The notes beneath the pieces are model-generated. The model ran no database searches. It had not been told where the DNA came from and saw only the letters and a program-made list of their open reading frames with translations. The position numbers and the translations under genes are program-made. From Psilocybe cubensis (taxonomy: Eukaryota), in the NCBI GenBank assembly GCA_017499595.2, contig CM039004.1, positions 558,001-622,000 on the forward strand: a DNA stretch of 64,000 nt, given 5' to 3'. Positions 1 through 14,539 of the stretch are shown one piece after another. The first letter of the stretch is position 1; the number at the start of each line of letters is the position of its first letter.

Positions 1-2201
1 ATGAACAGGCAGGAACCTATTGGTATCACTCCCATATGTGTAAGTAGCCTTACCATATCACGGTACGGCTTTGTTTGCTCATTAAATATTTAGCCAACCA
101 ATATTGTGACGGCCTGAGAGGTGCATTTGTGATATATGATCCGAATGACCCTCATCTAAACTTGTACGACGTTGATAATGGTAATTAACTTACTGTCATC
201 GACATTCCTTCTTGCTGATTCAGAGCAACTTCATTGTTATCCAGAGAATACCGTCATCACTGTTGGAGACTGGTAAGCAACTGAGTCAATTCTACAATTT
301 GGAATAATGCCTAAATAGAAGCTAGGTATCGTAAGTTACTTGCACCGCCCTGAGTCGAACGAGGCAGAAACGGTATTCATGCGATATAATGACAGATGTT
401 CCTTCTCCTCAAGAGGGCCCAGTTCCGTGAGTGTCATAAATTTTTACATTTCCTAGAACACCATTCAATGTTTTATGAAGGACTCCCGATTCTACGGTAA
501 TCAATGGAAAGGGCCGTTATGCTGGGGGCCCTGCTTCTCCACTTGCCATAGTCAACGTGGTCCAGGGTACCAAGTATGTACCGTCCAAAAATAACTCCCC
601 ATCACATTTCCTGAAATAGGCATTTCAGATACCGGTTCCGACTTGTTTCCATTTCCTGTGATCCAAATTTCGTCTTTTCGATTGACGGACATACCATGAA
701 AATCATCGAAGTCGAAGGAGAAAACGTTGTTCCTATTGATGTTGACTCCATACAAATATTTGCTGGTCAAAGATACTCGTTTGTCGTGAGTAACGTCAGT
801 CGTATAACCTTTAGAACATCTCTAATTTTGGAACGTGATAGCTAAATGCGAACCAAGAAATTGACAACTACTGTAAGATTTTTGTGTATTCCGGAGTTAC
901 TTTCTGACAAGTCATGACTCCGAAGGGATCCGCGCACAACCAAGTGTTGGGACATTAGGATTTTTAGGTGGATTGAACTCCGCAATTTTGCGATATAGCG
1001 GTGCGGCCGCCACATATCCTGCATTTGTCCTGATACCACCGGTCTCTACATCACCTCTGCGTGAAATCGATTTGCATGTAGGTGTCTTTCTTGTCGTAAT
1101 TCTATAAACAATTTCGCTGAATATTGTTATAGCCGTTGACAAATCCTGCTGCAGTACGTGCTTGATTTCCCCCATGGTGGTGAGAGTTTTAATAGAAATT
1201 GTTAAATTCTAGCCTGGATTGCCCACCATAGGTGGAGCAGACGTCAACATAAACCTTGCCCTTGGATTTGTGAGTTCAAACGACCATACTTTATTGACAT
1301 TATGATCAACTGAGTGATCTGGCTTAGAACCCCTTGACACTGCAATTCCTAGTGAATGGTGTTCCCTTTGTTTCCCCTAATGTCCCTGTCCTTCTGCAGA
1401 TTCTCAGTGGTACTACAAGTGCCGGTAAGGATCGATTTAACTGTTCCATTTATGTAAAAGTTGATGCGTTTGTGTAGCCTCACTTCTTCCCTCTGGATCC
1501 ATCTACCCACTTCCTCCAAATAAAGTTATTGAGATTACCATTCCCGGCGGCCTATTGACCAGTGTAGTGGGTGCTCCGGTAAGCTCTTGAACTTCCATTC
1601 TTTTTCATGGTTTAATTTTTCTCTATGACATCGGTATTCAGCATCCCTTCCATCTTCACGGGGTGAGTAATTGAAGCTTTCAATCCGAAGCATTTTTTTA
1701 ATTGGGTGCCATCAGCATACATTCAGCGTCATTAGGAGTGCTGGAAGTCTTACCTACAACTATGTGGACCCAGTTCGGCGTGATGTTGTCAGCACAGGTA
1801 TTCTTGGAGACGATGTTACCATCCGCTTCGTGACCGACAATCCGGGACCTTGGTTCCTCCATTGGTAAGACTTCCCTCTTGTAGCTTTGGTAAATTAACA
1901 ACAATTCTAACGTCTTATGTGAAGCCACATTGACTGGCATCTTAATACGTCAGTAATTCTCTTCGTCATATTAGCACATATGAACATATTCACTGACGAG
2001 TTGTACTTTGTAGTGGCCTCGCAGTAGTCATGGTGGAGGACATTGACGATATTGAATCTGCAAATCCTGTTCCGAGTATGTTTCTACTTCTTTAAATTCT
2101 ACACGATCTTACTCTAATGATGTAACAAAGCGGCTTGGGAGGACTTGTGTCCGATTTATGATACCCTCACTGACAATGACAAAGGTGCCATTGTGCCGTA
2201 G
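1..2201 (+). CDS. Laccase (multicopper oxidase AA1_1), 5' end lies upstream of the window; about 17 introns in the visible part
   Basis: Spliced translation gives [10 protein letters not shown]...[47 protein letters not shown] and [10 protein letters not shown]...GAIVP*; stop TAG at 2199-2201; GT-AG introns throughout. Confidence 0.95.
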
Positions 2202-3159
2202 AGATATCCAAACTTCGAAGAAGAACAGAGATCTTTTATGTGCTGTTTTGGGTAGAGTTTCAGAGTTGTTAAATATTTAGCTACAAAGAATTAATGACAT
2301 CAAGTTCCCCTGTGATTCAATCTTTGAAGCTCGGGGCTTAAAGAGATGTACACGTACATTCTTTTTTTTGCAAGAAACCAGGATTGAACGCAGGTTCACG
2401 CAGATTAAAGAACGTGGACTCGCCGAAGCCGAAAGCCGGGTTCGATGTCGATCCTCGCGTGGCCATCAAGCGCGATCACCTGATCCTATCATGGCCTAGG
2501 CTCGGCATGAAGAGGATACATAAGCGCCGAGTAGAACTTTACGGAAATTTCTGCTGTTTATATCCATGTTGCAGAGCGTCACAGAGCGGTTGCAATACCA
2601 AGTACTGCTTGAGAGTGAATACGTGTCTCTACGTGTATTGGTATGATGTCAGTACATGTTGATTGGATTTTTAACGATTATCACGATATGCGACTCGAAA
2701 ACGGTAGTCGGCGCTGGCAATCGGCAGCTAAAGTGGAAGTGCTCCGAAAGTAAAATATGCCATTAGATATTCTAAGTTTGTGTGGCTCCTCAACTAATCA
2801 TTTTCAGTGTTGTACATAGGGTTGTAGTTGTTGTAATGGGTTGTAAAGGGTTGACTGATCATTTCGTATGACTGGGAACGATTTAGTCAAAAAGATTGGC
2901 ATTTGAAATTTCCTTTCCTGATCAAGAAACGGATTCTCATGAAAAGAGGTGAAAAGCCCCTATCCTCAATAACGTTATTCGAAATTTTCTAAGCGAGTCG
3001 CGTTGTGCTTTCAAGCTTACGCCATATAAAAAGGATGAATAATGTACGATTATTGCTATATAAACCCCAGTAAAATCTGGACATCTTCCATCGTCAACAA
3101 CCTCTGCACTTTACTACCCCTCACATCTAAAGCCATCTAACACCTCCACTTCCTCAAAA

Positions 3160-3993
3160 ATGTCTTCACCCAAGATTGCTATTGTCATTTATTCCATGTA
3201 CGGCCACATCGCACAGTGTGAGTGACATTTACACAATTTCGATGCGATCGATCTAAGTGTTTGAGAAGTGGCCGAGGCTGAGAAGGCTGGTATCGAGGCT
3301 GCTGGTGGCAAGGCCACGATCTACCAGTACGTCCACTCTTTTCCTTGGGGGAAATATTCTTCCCGACTGTTCTTTCACAGAGTCGCGGAGACTCTCCCTC
3401 AGGAGGTTCTCACCAAGATGTACGCTCCTGCTAAACCCGACTACCCTATCGCCACCGCCGAGACTCTCACCGAATACGATGGATTCATCTTCGGCATCCC
3501 CACCAGATTCGGTAATATGCCCGCTCAACTCAAGGTACGCGATGACTCAATATTTAATCCTTGCTGGTATCTGTGGCATTAATCACAATCGCAGACTTTC
3601 TGGGATACTACTGGACAGCTTTGGGCCAAAGGTGCTCTCGCTGGAAAATACGCTGGCGTATTCGTCTCGACCGCTGGTCTCGGAGGAGGACAGGAGTCCA
3701 CCATCTTGAACTTCATCACCACCCTTGCTCACCACGGAATCCTTTACGTCCCTCTTGGCTACTCTACTGCCTTCGGTCAATTGACCAACGTCGATGAAGT
3801 TCATGGAGGTGCGTTGCAATTATATATTGAGTCATATCGAGGAACTCACATCGCCTCTCTTTCAGGATCCCCCTACGGAGCTGGAACCCTGGCATCCGGC
3901 ACCGGTGCCCGTCAACCCTCGAAGCTCGAGCTCGAAGTTGCCACAATCCAAGGAAAATCCTTCTACGAGACCCTTTCCAAGGTCAAACTATAG
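3160..3993 (+). CDS. Flavodoxin-like NAD(P)H:1,4-benzoquinone reductase (WrbA/Pst2 family), copy 1
   Basis: [70 protein letters not shown] at ~3059; 4 introns. Confidence 0.93.
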
Positions 3994-4269
3994 AGAAATT
4001 TAGAATTACGGGGAAAGATATAGAGCCGTATAAATGGTATAGAATTAATAGGTAATCTGGAATAATCACATTGCAATTGTAATACAATCCATGAACATCT
4101 CTTTTGGAGCCCCGCGTCGGAGTCGCGACTCGCGTGCACCCTTGAAAGGCACAGTCCAAAAATAGCATGAAGTCTTTCTGTCTGAGACTCGCAGCTTGCA
4201 AGCTTGCACTTCCAAAACCTGTTTAATAGCGAAAACCTTTTCGTTTTTGTAAACCCAACACCTTTCTCT

Positions 4270-5141
4270 ATGTCTCCCAACTCTAAGCCTAAAGTTGCCA
4301 TCGTAATTTATTCCATGTACGGGCATATATTAAAGAGTAAGTTTAGATAGTTGTGTCTTCAAAGTGTCAATTGAGTTCATACTACATCCAAGTGGCCGAG
4401 AGCGTCAAAGAAGGGATTGTATCAAAAGGTGGCGAGGCCGATATATATCAGTTAGTCTTATTCCTACCAATGTCATCGTTACAACCCCATAGCTGACTCA
4501 TGACGGGCGACGCATATATCTAGAGTCCAAGAAACGCTCTCGGACGAAATCTTGACCAAGATGTCTGCGCCTCCCAAGTCTAACTACCCTATTGCAACCC
4601 CAGAAACGTTGACGAAATACGGCGCCTTCATCTTCGGAATACCTACTCGGTATGGAAACATGCCCGCTCAGCTAAAGGTATAACCCCCCAAGACAAATGG
4701 ATGGCTGCGCATATATTCACATTTTGTGCCACTTTCAGACTTTTTGGGATGCAACCGGAAAGCTATGGGCACAAGGAAGCCTTTCCGGAAAATACGCAGG
4801 GGTGTTCGTTGGCACGTCAGGTCCTGGCGGAGGGCAAGAAATGACGGTGCTCACGTTCATGTCAACCTTGGTGCATCACGGCATGATTTTTGTGCCGCTT
4901 GGGTACGCAACTGGATATGCGAAGATGGTGTCCTTGGACGAAGTTCATGGAGGTCTGATTCGCACCCTACAGCTCAAAATCCAGTTAATTGAGCGTTTTT
5001 TTTTACACAGGATCTCCTTGGGGAGCTGGAACATTCGCGGGACCGGACGGAGCCCGTTTCCCCACTGAGCGCGAGCTCGAGATTGCTAAACTCCAAGGGC
5101 AGGCGTTTTATGAAGCTGTTTCCCGAGTCAAAGGCCTTTAG
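4270..5141 (+). CDS. Flavodoxin-like 1,4-benzoquinone reductase, tandem copy 2
   Basis: [67 protein letters not shown]; same intron positions as copy 1. Confidence 0.93.
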
Positions 5142-5371
5142 GAGCAGCATTCGTTCAAAAAAAAAAAACTTCGCATTGTAACACGTTTTATCAACAGAAT
5201 TCAAGAAATCGGCATTGCCAAATTTCACCTAGCACTACCTGCCTGTGTCCAGTGTGTGATCATTGAAATTTAGTCCAATGACCGCTGCATTATATCAAGA
5301 AAACCATTACGTGTTGACAAATCTTGTGTGATATGATTTCTAACGCCACTTTGTTAGGAGGATATGACGGA

Positions 5372-6388
5372 TTAATATCCATCCCCAACAACGACAGCGT
5401 CTTTGATTAACGTGACACCAGACGACCTATAAATTTTGATTAAATGGAGAGTCATCTTATCATGATTATCCAAAAACACTCACGTCCCTATCCTCTCGGC
5501 CCCGGCTAAAAACATCTCTTTACAGGCGTCGAAAGAGCGAACACCCCCAGATGCTTTGACTTGTACATTTCCCTTGTACTTCACGGCTCTATACATGAGC
5601 CGCACATCCTCTTTGGTGGCCCCACTTCCTGAAGCAAATCCAGTTGAGGTTTTTACAAAAGCGGCACCAGCTTCCGCAGAGAGAATACAGGCTGCTATCT
5701 TGAGTTCTGGCGAAGGAATCAACCCAGTCTCTATGATGACCTTTACAGGGACAGGAGCGCAAGCCGTGATAATGGTCTTGAGATGGTTATAAATTTCACG
5801 ATATTGGGTCACATCGGAAAGAAGCAGGCCAACAGGGATGACAGTGTCAACTTCTAGTGCACCGTCTTTGATGGCTTGTTGTGCTTCGCTGTGTCGATCC
5901 TTGGTTAGCCTTTCAGTGATTCCTGGGAACAGGAAAATTTGACGAACTGACTAGGCTTTGGCGTCCGCTGATCCGGCACCAAGAGGAAATCCGACTACAC
6001 AGCACGCGATTGTCTTCGAGTTTGCCGCAGCGAGACGTTCTGTCACTCTCTTGACGTAGATTCCATTCACACAACAAGACTGCGAAGGCCGGGCAAAAAA
6101 AATGTGAAGGCTGTCAGTAAGCCGGAACGAAAAAAATGGAAACCATGCTATGGCCATGCGTACTTTGAAGCCGTACTGGATTGCCTCATCGCAGAGACTG
6201 TCGATTTGCGAAGGGGTTGCATCCTGTTTGAGCAACGTGTGGTCGATCGTCAGAGGGAAACGTGGGTCGCTCGGCGTGCTTAGAGAGGCCAAAGGCGTCG
6301 AATCATCAGTGGATACATTTTGTCCTAGAACCTCAGCTACTTTCGATTGGATAAAGGAGGTCCATTCTTCCTCTGTCCACTCGGCCAT
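5372..6388 (-). CDS. DERA: Deoxyribose-phosphate aldolase (DeoC/DERA)
   Basis: IDHTLLK, VVGFPLG, VKVIIETG, FVKTSTGF, VKASGGVR and GAERIGTSSG motifs; 3 introns. Confidence 0.93.
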
Positions 6389-7784
6389 TGTGTGGATCGT
6401 GTATTCGAGTAATGAGCTCGGTCGGAGCAAAAGCTGGGAACAGCCTTGGTGAACGTGATAAAGAAAGTCCAATCCCGGATGGTTCAAGATCGTCGGTGGC
6501 GGGCCGCAATCACCGCATTTGTTCGTTCATTTTTATCTCAAGCACCGATTGGTTCCTCGTCCGCGGCCATGCAGAAAAATGAGTAGAAAGCTCATACAGT
6601 GACCGCGAGTATCTTGGGATCTTTGCAGTCCCACACTTCACCTGGGGATCGTGTGGGCATGTCCATGTCATCTAAGAGACAACCCAACCTGACGAGAGCT
6701 ACCCTTGACATCATTGCTTCATCACCCTGACCAGCTCCTTTAGTTCCGCTATGACGAAATTCTTTGCTCATTTTATATCGATTTGGGAGCCTCAAGCAAA
6801 CCGCCTATAGCTCTTAATTATTTCTTATTTTAGTGGCTAAAGTGACGAGCTTCAATACCGATGTCCAAGGCGCGCATGGATCAACGATGTTAAATTAGAA
6901 CCAATGAACTTGGCGGTGTTGGGCAGATTCTTTGTTTCAATGATAATCAAAAATGCGGCGATGCTTTTATTTTTTACAAGTAGAGAAATTACAATAGCAA
7001 CTCACCAAAATATGAAGTTGTGAGGTTGCAGGTTCTAGAATCAGCGTCTAATAGTGATCGTTGAAGGATGTTTGCGCTAGTCCTCTTTTGACGATGCTCT
7101 GGACTGAGATGGTAGTTGATCGACCGATGGCCAGCCCTTTTTTCCTTGTATAGTTCAAGGTCTGGTCTCTGACATCGAACAAGATCTTATACCAATAATA
7201 GATCTCAGTCAATTTAACCGACTTAAGTTTCTAGTATGCTTTGAATCTTTCATTTAAGACGAGATAGACGAAAATGGTCTTGTTCTCTCATGACTTGCAG
7301 AGCTCAATATTGATTTTAATTCCCTAGAGTGGAGGCTCCACAGATGAAGACGACTGATGCATCGAATTCATGAGGAATATCGCACAGATAAATGATCGAT
7401 CCGAAAGGACAATATGTATTTTGGCAGCAGATTGTATTGTTACCGAATCAATTGCATTGATTTTTGTGCTGCAAAGGACACGCCCGGTGGTTCCACTCCA
7501 CAACATTTGACAGTGCTTCGGTGCACGGATGACTGGTAATAATAGAATCGGGAAAAGCTTACCTCCAGGCACCTCGGCGTGAAAACGTGAGGATCCAATA
7601 ATATTTCTTCCTGCTGTGATTCTGATCAGCAAGTTCATTTGCTATGTTTAACTTTTTGTTTACACTAGATTGCAGCAAGTCCCTCCAGTATAAAAGATGA
7701 ACGACTTTGGGGTACCATTCCTCAGTCCAGTGGTCAAAAAGCCTCTCTACTACACTCTCCAACAACCAAACCAACTCATTCACA

Positions 7785-8292
7785 ATGTTCGCTCGTGCTG
7801 CCTCTACTTTTGTGCTCGCTCTCCCCCTCCTTGCGGCCGCCAGTGCTGTTCCCCGTAACGACGGCCCATCCAACCAGTGCAACACTGGCAGCCTTCAGTG
7901 CTGCGACTCTACTCAGAGCGTGAGTTGCCAGAAAGATATTATCAAACCATAACTAATATCTGTAACCCGATTTTTAGGCGACCTCGAGCTCAGTCGCAGG
8001 CCTGCTCGGTCTTTTGGGCGTCGTCGTCGGCTCTGTCACCGGACTCGTTGGAGGTATGTTATATTTTGTACCCCATAAAATTTGGTATCTGATAAAATAT
8101 GTGCAGTAAACTGCTCTCCCATTAGCGTCGTTGGCATCAGCGGAAACTCTTGCTCCGCTCAACCTGTCTGCTGCACTGACAACTCCTTCGTAAGTTTTTT
8201 GTGCTTCCCAATCAATTCTAAATGTCTAAACGGATTTTATAAAGAACGGAGTCATTGCTCTCGGATGCTCCCCCATTAACCTCAACTTGTAA
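7785..8292 (+). CDS. Class I hydrophobin 1
   Basis: Signal peptide [19 protein letters not shown]; 8-Cys pattern QCNTGSLQCC...NCSPI...SCSAQPVCC...LGCSPINLNL*; 3 introns. Confidence 0.95.
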
Positions 8293-10240
8293 ACGCATGC
8301 CTTTGAGACATCTTACTTCCCTTGGACTTTGAGACTTGTTGCAGTTGCCGCTCGGAATAGCACTTTTGTTTTGTAAAAAATAACTAAAAAAAATGTGGAT
8401 CTTTGTTTGGGTATTTGGATATATAGTCTTTCTTTAAACTGCTAAGTGTTTACTTTAAACAATGCAAACCTTCGACGTGAGTACATTCAGCTTTACAAAA
8501 ACCATTATCAGGACCGCGTGCTGGGCTATTAATAGACGCCCAAAATTAACTGCAAGTTCGGCAAAGACAGTTATTCCGGTTCGGCACTTCAATTTGACGG
8601 GTTCATTTAACTCTAAACGTATGTTGTGCCGACGAAAATCACCCGATAACAAACACTGCCTTACCTTGAAAAATATTTCAAACTTCAAGGACGGTGCTCA
8701 ATCCGAATTGCCCAACAGTCAACTGGCATAGGATTTGGACAACATGCGTGAGGTCCGAACTCAAGTTGGACCCGCTATCGCTGGGGTCAAAGTAGTTGCC
8801 GGGTGCCAGTGTCCTCTTCCAAAAAATGGACGCATTCTGGAAGTTACTGGAATTGAAACGTACCTTTGAGATTCCAGATCGCCCTTGACCGCTATGAATA
8901 TAAGATTGAGGTACATAAGCCTATTTCGAAGACGCTATGTTTTGTTGCCCGCCAGTGCCAGCTTAAAGTGTGAGGAAAGTTAGGAAAAGACGTCTGGAGA
9001 TTCCTCGGACCTGATACCTATGTTCTCGAAATGTCATCTCGCGTTGTGTCGGAAGCCATTGTTGGAAGAGTGGGATAAAGTCACTACAAAGAGAAGTGGA
9101 AAGACTTCTGAGAGGTCACCACCACGCGCGATTGGCCACGTTCCTAAACCGAGGGCATGGAGTGAGCACACTCGTGATCTCTCACTTCGACTCAGCCATG
9201 ATGTTGAGACGCCTAAATGGTCATGTTTTTCTCGGAAAACAATTGAAAGAACCTTGCTTACTCTTGGGCGCAGACTCGGGGCAGAGGGGGGATTTGAAAT
9301 TACAATGAACCAATGATACTATGCTTATATTATGTCGTTCCCAGTCCATCAAATGCATGGAACCGCGATGTTTTTCGACTTCTTGGTTTTCTGCGGCAAT
9401 GCGGCTTATGCGGGACTGCGGTGAACGTGATGGAGGGAGTGAAAGTGGGTCATTGTGTTTGATATGACCAATCACACACTTTCTCATCTATATTTCACAT
9501 AAATGTCAATGAGGCACTGAAGTTGCAACCACATATAGCCTAGTGTGCTCTTATTGAATATCTTGGTCTAACCATAAAGCGAATAGTCGAGGTACAATGT
9601 TTTAAGGTGATTACCGTGTAAACCAACCCGAAGATCGTTACGAAAGTCCACGTTCTCAGAAGCTTGCGGCTCCAAGGTTCACAACCTCTGTAAGAACTTC
9701 TGACATTTCTGGTGAACAACTGAGGAGTTGAGGGGAGGACGATTGGCTCTTGACTTCCAGTGGCCAACGAATAGCAAAGCGTCCTTACCGCACCAATAGG
9801 GATGCCTCAACGGAATCACTACCCGCTGTCGAATTATTGACATCGTGGAAACTCCCTGAGTGGGATCAGTCTCAGTCAAAGAGGACGGCATTGAGCCTTA
9901 CAAGTACTGATCAATGCAATGTCTAATGAGAGCAATGGGTTTGTGGCGGCTATGTAGCTTTGCGTCAAATATTGTCGAATCAGAGTACAGCCAGCGGCAG
10001 CAGCCGTATTACTTCCCTGACAAGAATGACAGCCGCAATGTCTGGTTTTACGAGAACGCCAGGCCGAGCCGCGACGGAACATGGGATGTCGATACTGCAA
10101 ACCTTGTACGCTCTGCGGACAACATTGACTCTGAAAATGTATAAAAGGGAGGGCATTAAACAGCATTCCTCAGTCGAACACAGTTCAGCTACTACTCTCA
10201 GCTTACTTTTCTCTGAGTCCTATCTCCAATTTTTTTCAAG

Positions 10241-10751
10241 ATGTTCGCCCGCACCTCTGCTCTCGTCCTCGCTCTTCCTCTCCTTGCTGCTGCCAGCGCC
10301 GTCCCCCGCACTGATGGTCCTTCGAACCAGTGCAATACCGGACCTGTTCAGTGCTGCAACAGTCTTTTGAGCGTAAGTCTCAATTACTCTCCGGACTAAA
10401 GAATTAATCGGCTGATTTATGAATATAGTCGACCTCCAGCACCTCCAACTCTCTCCTCGGTTTGTTGGGCATTGTTCTCGGGGACATCACCGGTCTCCTC
10501 GGTCGTAAGTAGATTACTATGGATTGTATCCGAGAACGGCGCATTGATAGGATCGACTCTGCCAGTCAACTGCTCTCCCCTCAGCGTCGTTGGCATCGGA
10601 GGCAACTCCTGCTCTACCCAGCCCGTCTGCTGCACTAACAACCAATTCGTGAGTTATTCTATCATTGAATGCTGCACACTAGTGTCTTAACATGCGATTG
10701 TAGAATGGTCTTATCAACCTCGGCTGCTCTCCCATCAACATCAACCTTTAA
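10241..10751 (+). CDS. Class I hydrophobin 2
   Basis: [28 protein letters not shown]...NCSPL...SCSTQPVCC...LGCSPININL*. Confidence 0.95.
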
Positions 10752-13371
10752 GAGGACTTCAACGTCTCGATGGGGTGACGGGAGTATGACGCGCTCTGTG
10801 TACTTCGTGTCAAACCGTCTTGTATACGAGAATTTGAGAACTTAGCGATTATAATTTTTGAAAACCAATATATAATATCTTGTACCTTCTCGATGAACGA
10901 TATGAGGCGCGAAATTTGAACTCTTAGCAACTCGCGGCTAGCGTCCGCTTTTGGAAATGAACTCACCATTTTGGGTCAATTAACGGATCATGCTGCGCGA
11001 TCAGATGATTCTTGAGTCTAACTGCTTATACGGGTTGGGAAATGTACCTGCAGGGCCATTTCAGATGCTCTACAGCATTTTGTGTCAATTCAGTAGTCTA
11101 GTACTGATTCGTAGAAGCTGATTCCAACCGGAAGCACTTGTCATGAAGACCCTGTTCTCTCTGAATCTAATGCGTCCCGATTGCGGCCCATTTTATGATT
11201 TCCAGAGCACTTTATTTGTAAAAGGGAGTTGTAAAATAAATAAATTCAATGCAAAGTTTCGGTGCGTCCAGGGTTGGCCAACGCTTGATCCGGGTCTAAC
11301 TAAAAAGTGAATAGTTGAGGTACATATTCCGGGTCCCTCGAAAGCCAAGAAGAATTCTGTGACGGTGTTTTGCTCAGGTCCCCATTACGTGCAGAGCTGG
11401 GGCCTGGAGTCTTAGATGTAGAAATCTCAAGTTCCAAGTTTTATCTTGACTTTTACCTCAACCAACGCCCAGGCTATTACGAAGCAACGTGGCGCCCTGT
11501 TTCTTTTCAGGAAAGTGAGGATGATCAAATCAGGCTAGGCTTGCTCGGTCGTGGTTGTGATTATACTCCTATCATCGATGCTCTATACAGCATCTTCGTC
11601 AACATCGGCCTTTCTGCCATATTGTCTTTTAAGTGTGTTGAATGGGCAGCTCATTTCTGCCTATGTTTGGAATGGAAGTCTCCATATTGGGGCATATATT
11701 GCTTGAATTCATAAGAAAACTACTGTATTTCGCTAGCGTGCCGCGAGTTTCTCGATGAGGCTGTTCTATAGGTCCTTCAAAATAGTGATTCAAATACGTA
11801 CTCTTGTTGAACGTTCTGTGCCACAAGATCTCAAAATGCTTCAAAATGTACCTGAAATTGTATTATTCCGCTACCCCTCGGCAATTGGTGTCAGCTCACC
11901 TTTCACCAGTGATTAGTCTAATACATTTTTGACCGAATGGTACCTTGGAAGTTGGAGCATCTCTCGTGGCTGCTTCTCGCTTAGTTTCGATGTTCTTGAA
12001 CTTGCTTCTTAGGGTCACATGTTGGAAGATGCCGCTGTGCCATCCATAAATCTAGAACTGAGGCGGAATTTGAAGGTTTTTTATGTTACTCGTGTCTAAT
12101 CACTAAGCTCTGTAAGAATGAGATGAATGAGACGGCGAACCAACTAGCACCAGATAATGTGTCAAGTGTATTCCTTACCCTTTCTGATTCCGCCCAAATC
12201 GTGCTTCCTCCATTCCGAAGACAGCGCCGTTCAGACGGCAGGGTGCAGTAGTTGTCCATCATAGACTCAGCCCTTTCGGCATCGCATCTCATAAATCGCG
12301 GACTTGGCCCGGACCACTGAGCTCGGAAGCACCAATCGGATTGAGCCTTCCCTTTCCAACTCGTCCGTTCTCACGTAACGCTTTCGGCATGCCTTCAACC
12401 AATTATGGTTTAGCGTTGTCTCGAGTTGTTTTGTGCATCAATCCCATTTACTTTTGCTTGACCACCAACAATCAAATTTACATTCGGACACTAACATTAA
12501 TTAGTTATTAAACTTTCGCCGCTCTGGATTTCTAATGTCTCCGCATCGAGGGTGGATATAAACTTAGACGATTAGTGTGCAAGCCAAGTTCAAGATCGAT
12601 CGGCATAGTTATGGATGGTTGGAGCGATAGCACAATGGAAGTGAGGTGCTCGTATCCCCTATGATAATTTCTAATCAAAGGCCATATGGTAAGCTCCTAC
12701 AAGTGCAGTGATCCACCAATCCCCAACGATTGGGGGCCAAGCGTATCACAGTCGAGAATTTCATTGTCCGGACTGTCAACGTAGTGACATCGTGGGGAAC
12801 CACGGACCCAGGACTGAAATCAGTGAAATGCAAATCGTCTTACATACGCGATAAAACGTTAGCCTGAATCGACTCCTGTGCAGTTGCTCACAGCTTTGGC
12901 GGATTAAAAGCGCTGAAGCAGATGACTGCCGTCCAATCAGAGTTGGTGGTATAAAAATAGATCATGGTTTGCGGGCAGTACGATAGCCATTTATCGAATC
13001 AGGGAAGGGCGAACCCCGGTCAGAGGACAACCAAGTCACGCAGCCCTGACATAGAAGTGACAGGCTTAATGTCTGATTGTATGTGATTTTGAATTTCGAT
13101 CAATTCGAAAGACGTACATCCGTCTAAACAACATCGGGACCCTGAAGATTTCGATGCACCCAGGCTGGGCGAAGGCATTATGGAATGTTTTATCCCTCGG
13201 ATAATACCAGCGCACAAGATTCTCGTTCATGCTGAGCAGAGACATCGGGATCTGGTGAAAAACGTATAAAGCAGGGCAGGTTTGGACCACTGATTCTTCA
13301 GTCGAACATCCAGTTCTACTTTCATCGCTACAGTCATTCACTCGAAGTTCTCTTCACTCTCCACCTACAAG

Positions 13372-13896
13372 ATGTTCGCTCGTGCCTCCACCCTCGTTCT
13401 CGCTCTCCCCCTCCTTGCTGCGGCCACTGCTCTCCCCCGCACTAACGGTGACGGCCCGTCCAACCAGTGCAACACTGGCACTATCTCGTGCTGCAACCAG
13501 ACTCTCCAGGTGCGCTAGTTGACATAGCACATTGACATTGTCATCAGTAATTAACTTTATCTGCTTGATAGTCTGGTACCGCCTCCACCAACCTCCTCCT
13601 CGGTCTTTTGGGCATTGTTCTCGGGCCCGTCACTGGTCTCCTCGGTCGTGAGTACAATTTTCAACTTTTTACCATATCCTACAATGGCTGATCGTTTTGC
13701 TTGCAGTCGGCTGCACTCCTATCACCGTCATTGGAGCTGGAGGCAACTCGTGCTCTGCTCAACCAGTCTGCTGCACTGGCAACACCTTCGTGAGTCATTG
13801 ACTGTTTCTTTATTGAGTGTTTATTTATCAATCTTGGTGAATGTGTAGAACGGTCTCATCAATGTTGGCTGCACCCCCATCAACTTGAACCTTTAA
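13372..13896 (+). CDS. Class I hydrophobin 3
   Basis: [28 protein letters not shown]...GCTPI...SCSAQPVCC...[10 protein letters not shown]. Confidence 0.95.
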
Positions 13897-14539
13897 GTTA
13901 CTTCCCCTCCTAGTTTATGGGTTGTAGTTTGATACTTCCAAATACTATCTACGTTCATTGCGCCTTATTGAGCACCTGTGCGACATTTAAGCTCTATCAG
14001 TAAATATCATGCTATTCAACCATACCAACTCAACTTGCACTGAACTCTGCAAAGTATGCGAATTCACTGGTCATCCTGGTTAAAGCATTACAATCTCCCT
14101 ACGTGCTAAGAATCTGAGATTCGTGCAACTACACCTATAAAGTCTCAACAGAAGGGTGACTCAACCGGGTTTCAAGCACGGGTGTTCACCACTGCTGGTG
14201 ACATCGGGGAGTTGAAGTGGCCAACTTCCGCGCTATCAGGGGTTCTTTAGCCCATCCCAATTAAAGAGAAAGAACTCCACGGCTTGGCCCCTATGGAAAA
14301 TTTCCGTGCACACCCATCTCACATGAAAATGGACGGAGTTTCTTCAAATGCAGTGAATATCGTTCGAGTTTGGTTCAAGTTCGTTTCGTTCAATTCGACG
14401 AAGTTCGCGCTCGGCGAGATCGGCTGCATCGGTATTTGCCGTACATTACCTTTTTCGTCTCGGGAACCGATTGGGTCCGCGACACTGCCGCGCCAGTGAC
14501 GCGAACGTTCTGGGCATTTCTGCGTATTTCCTTCTCATT

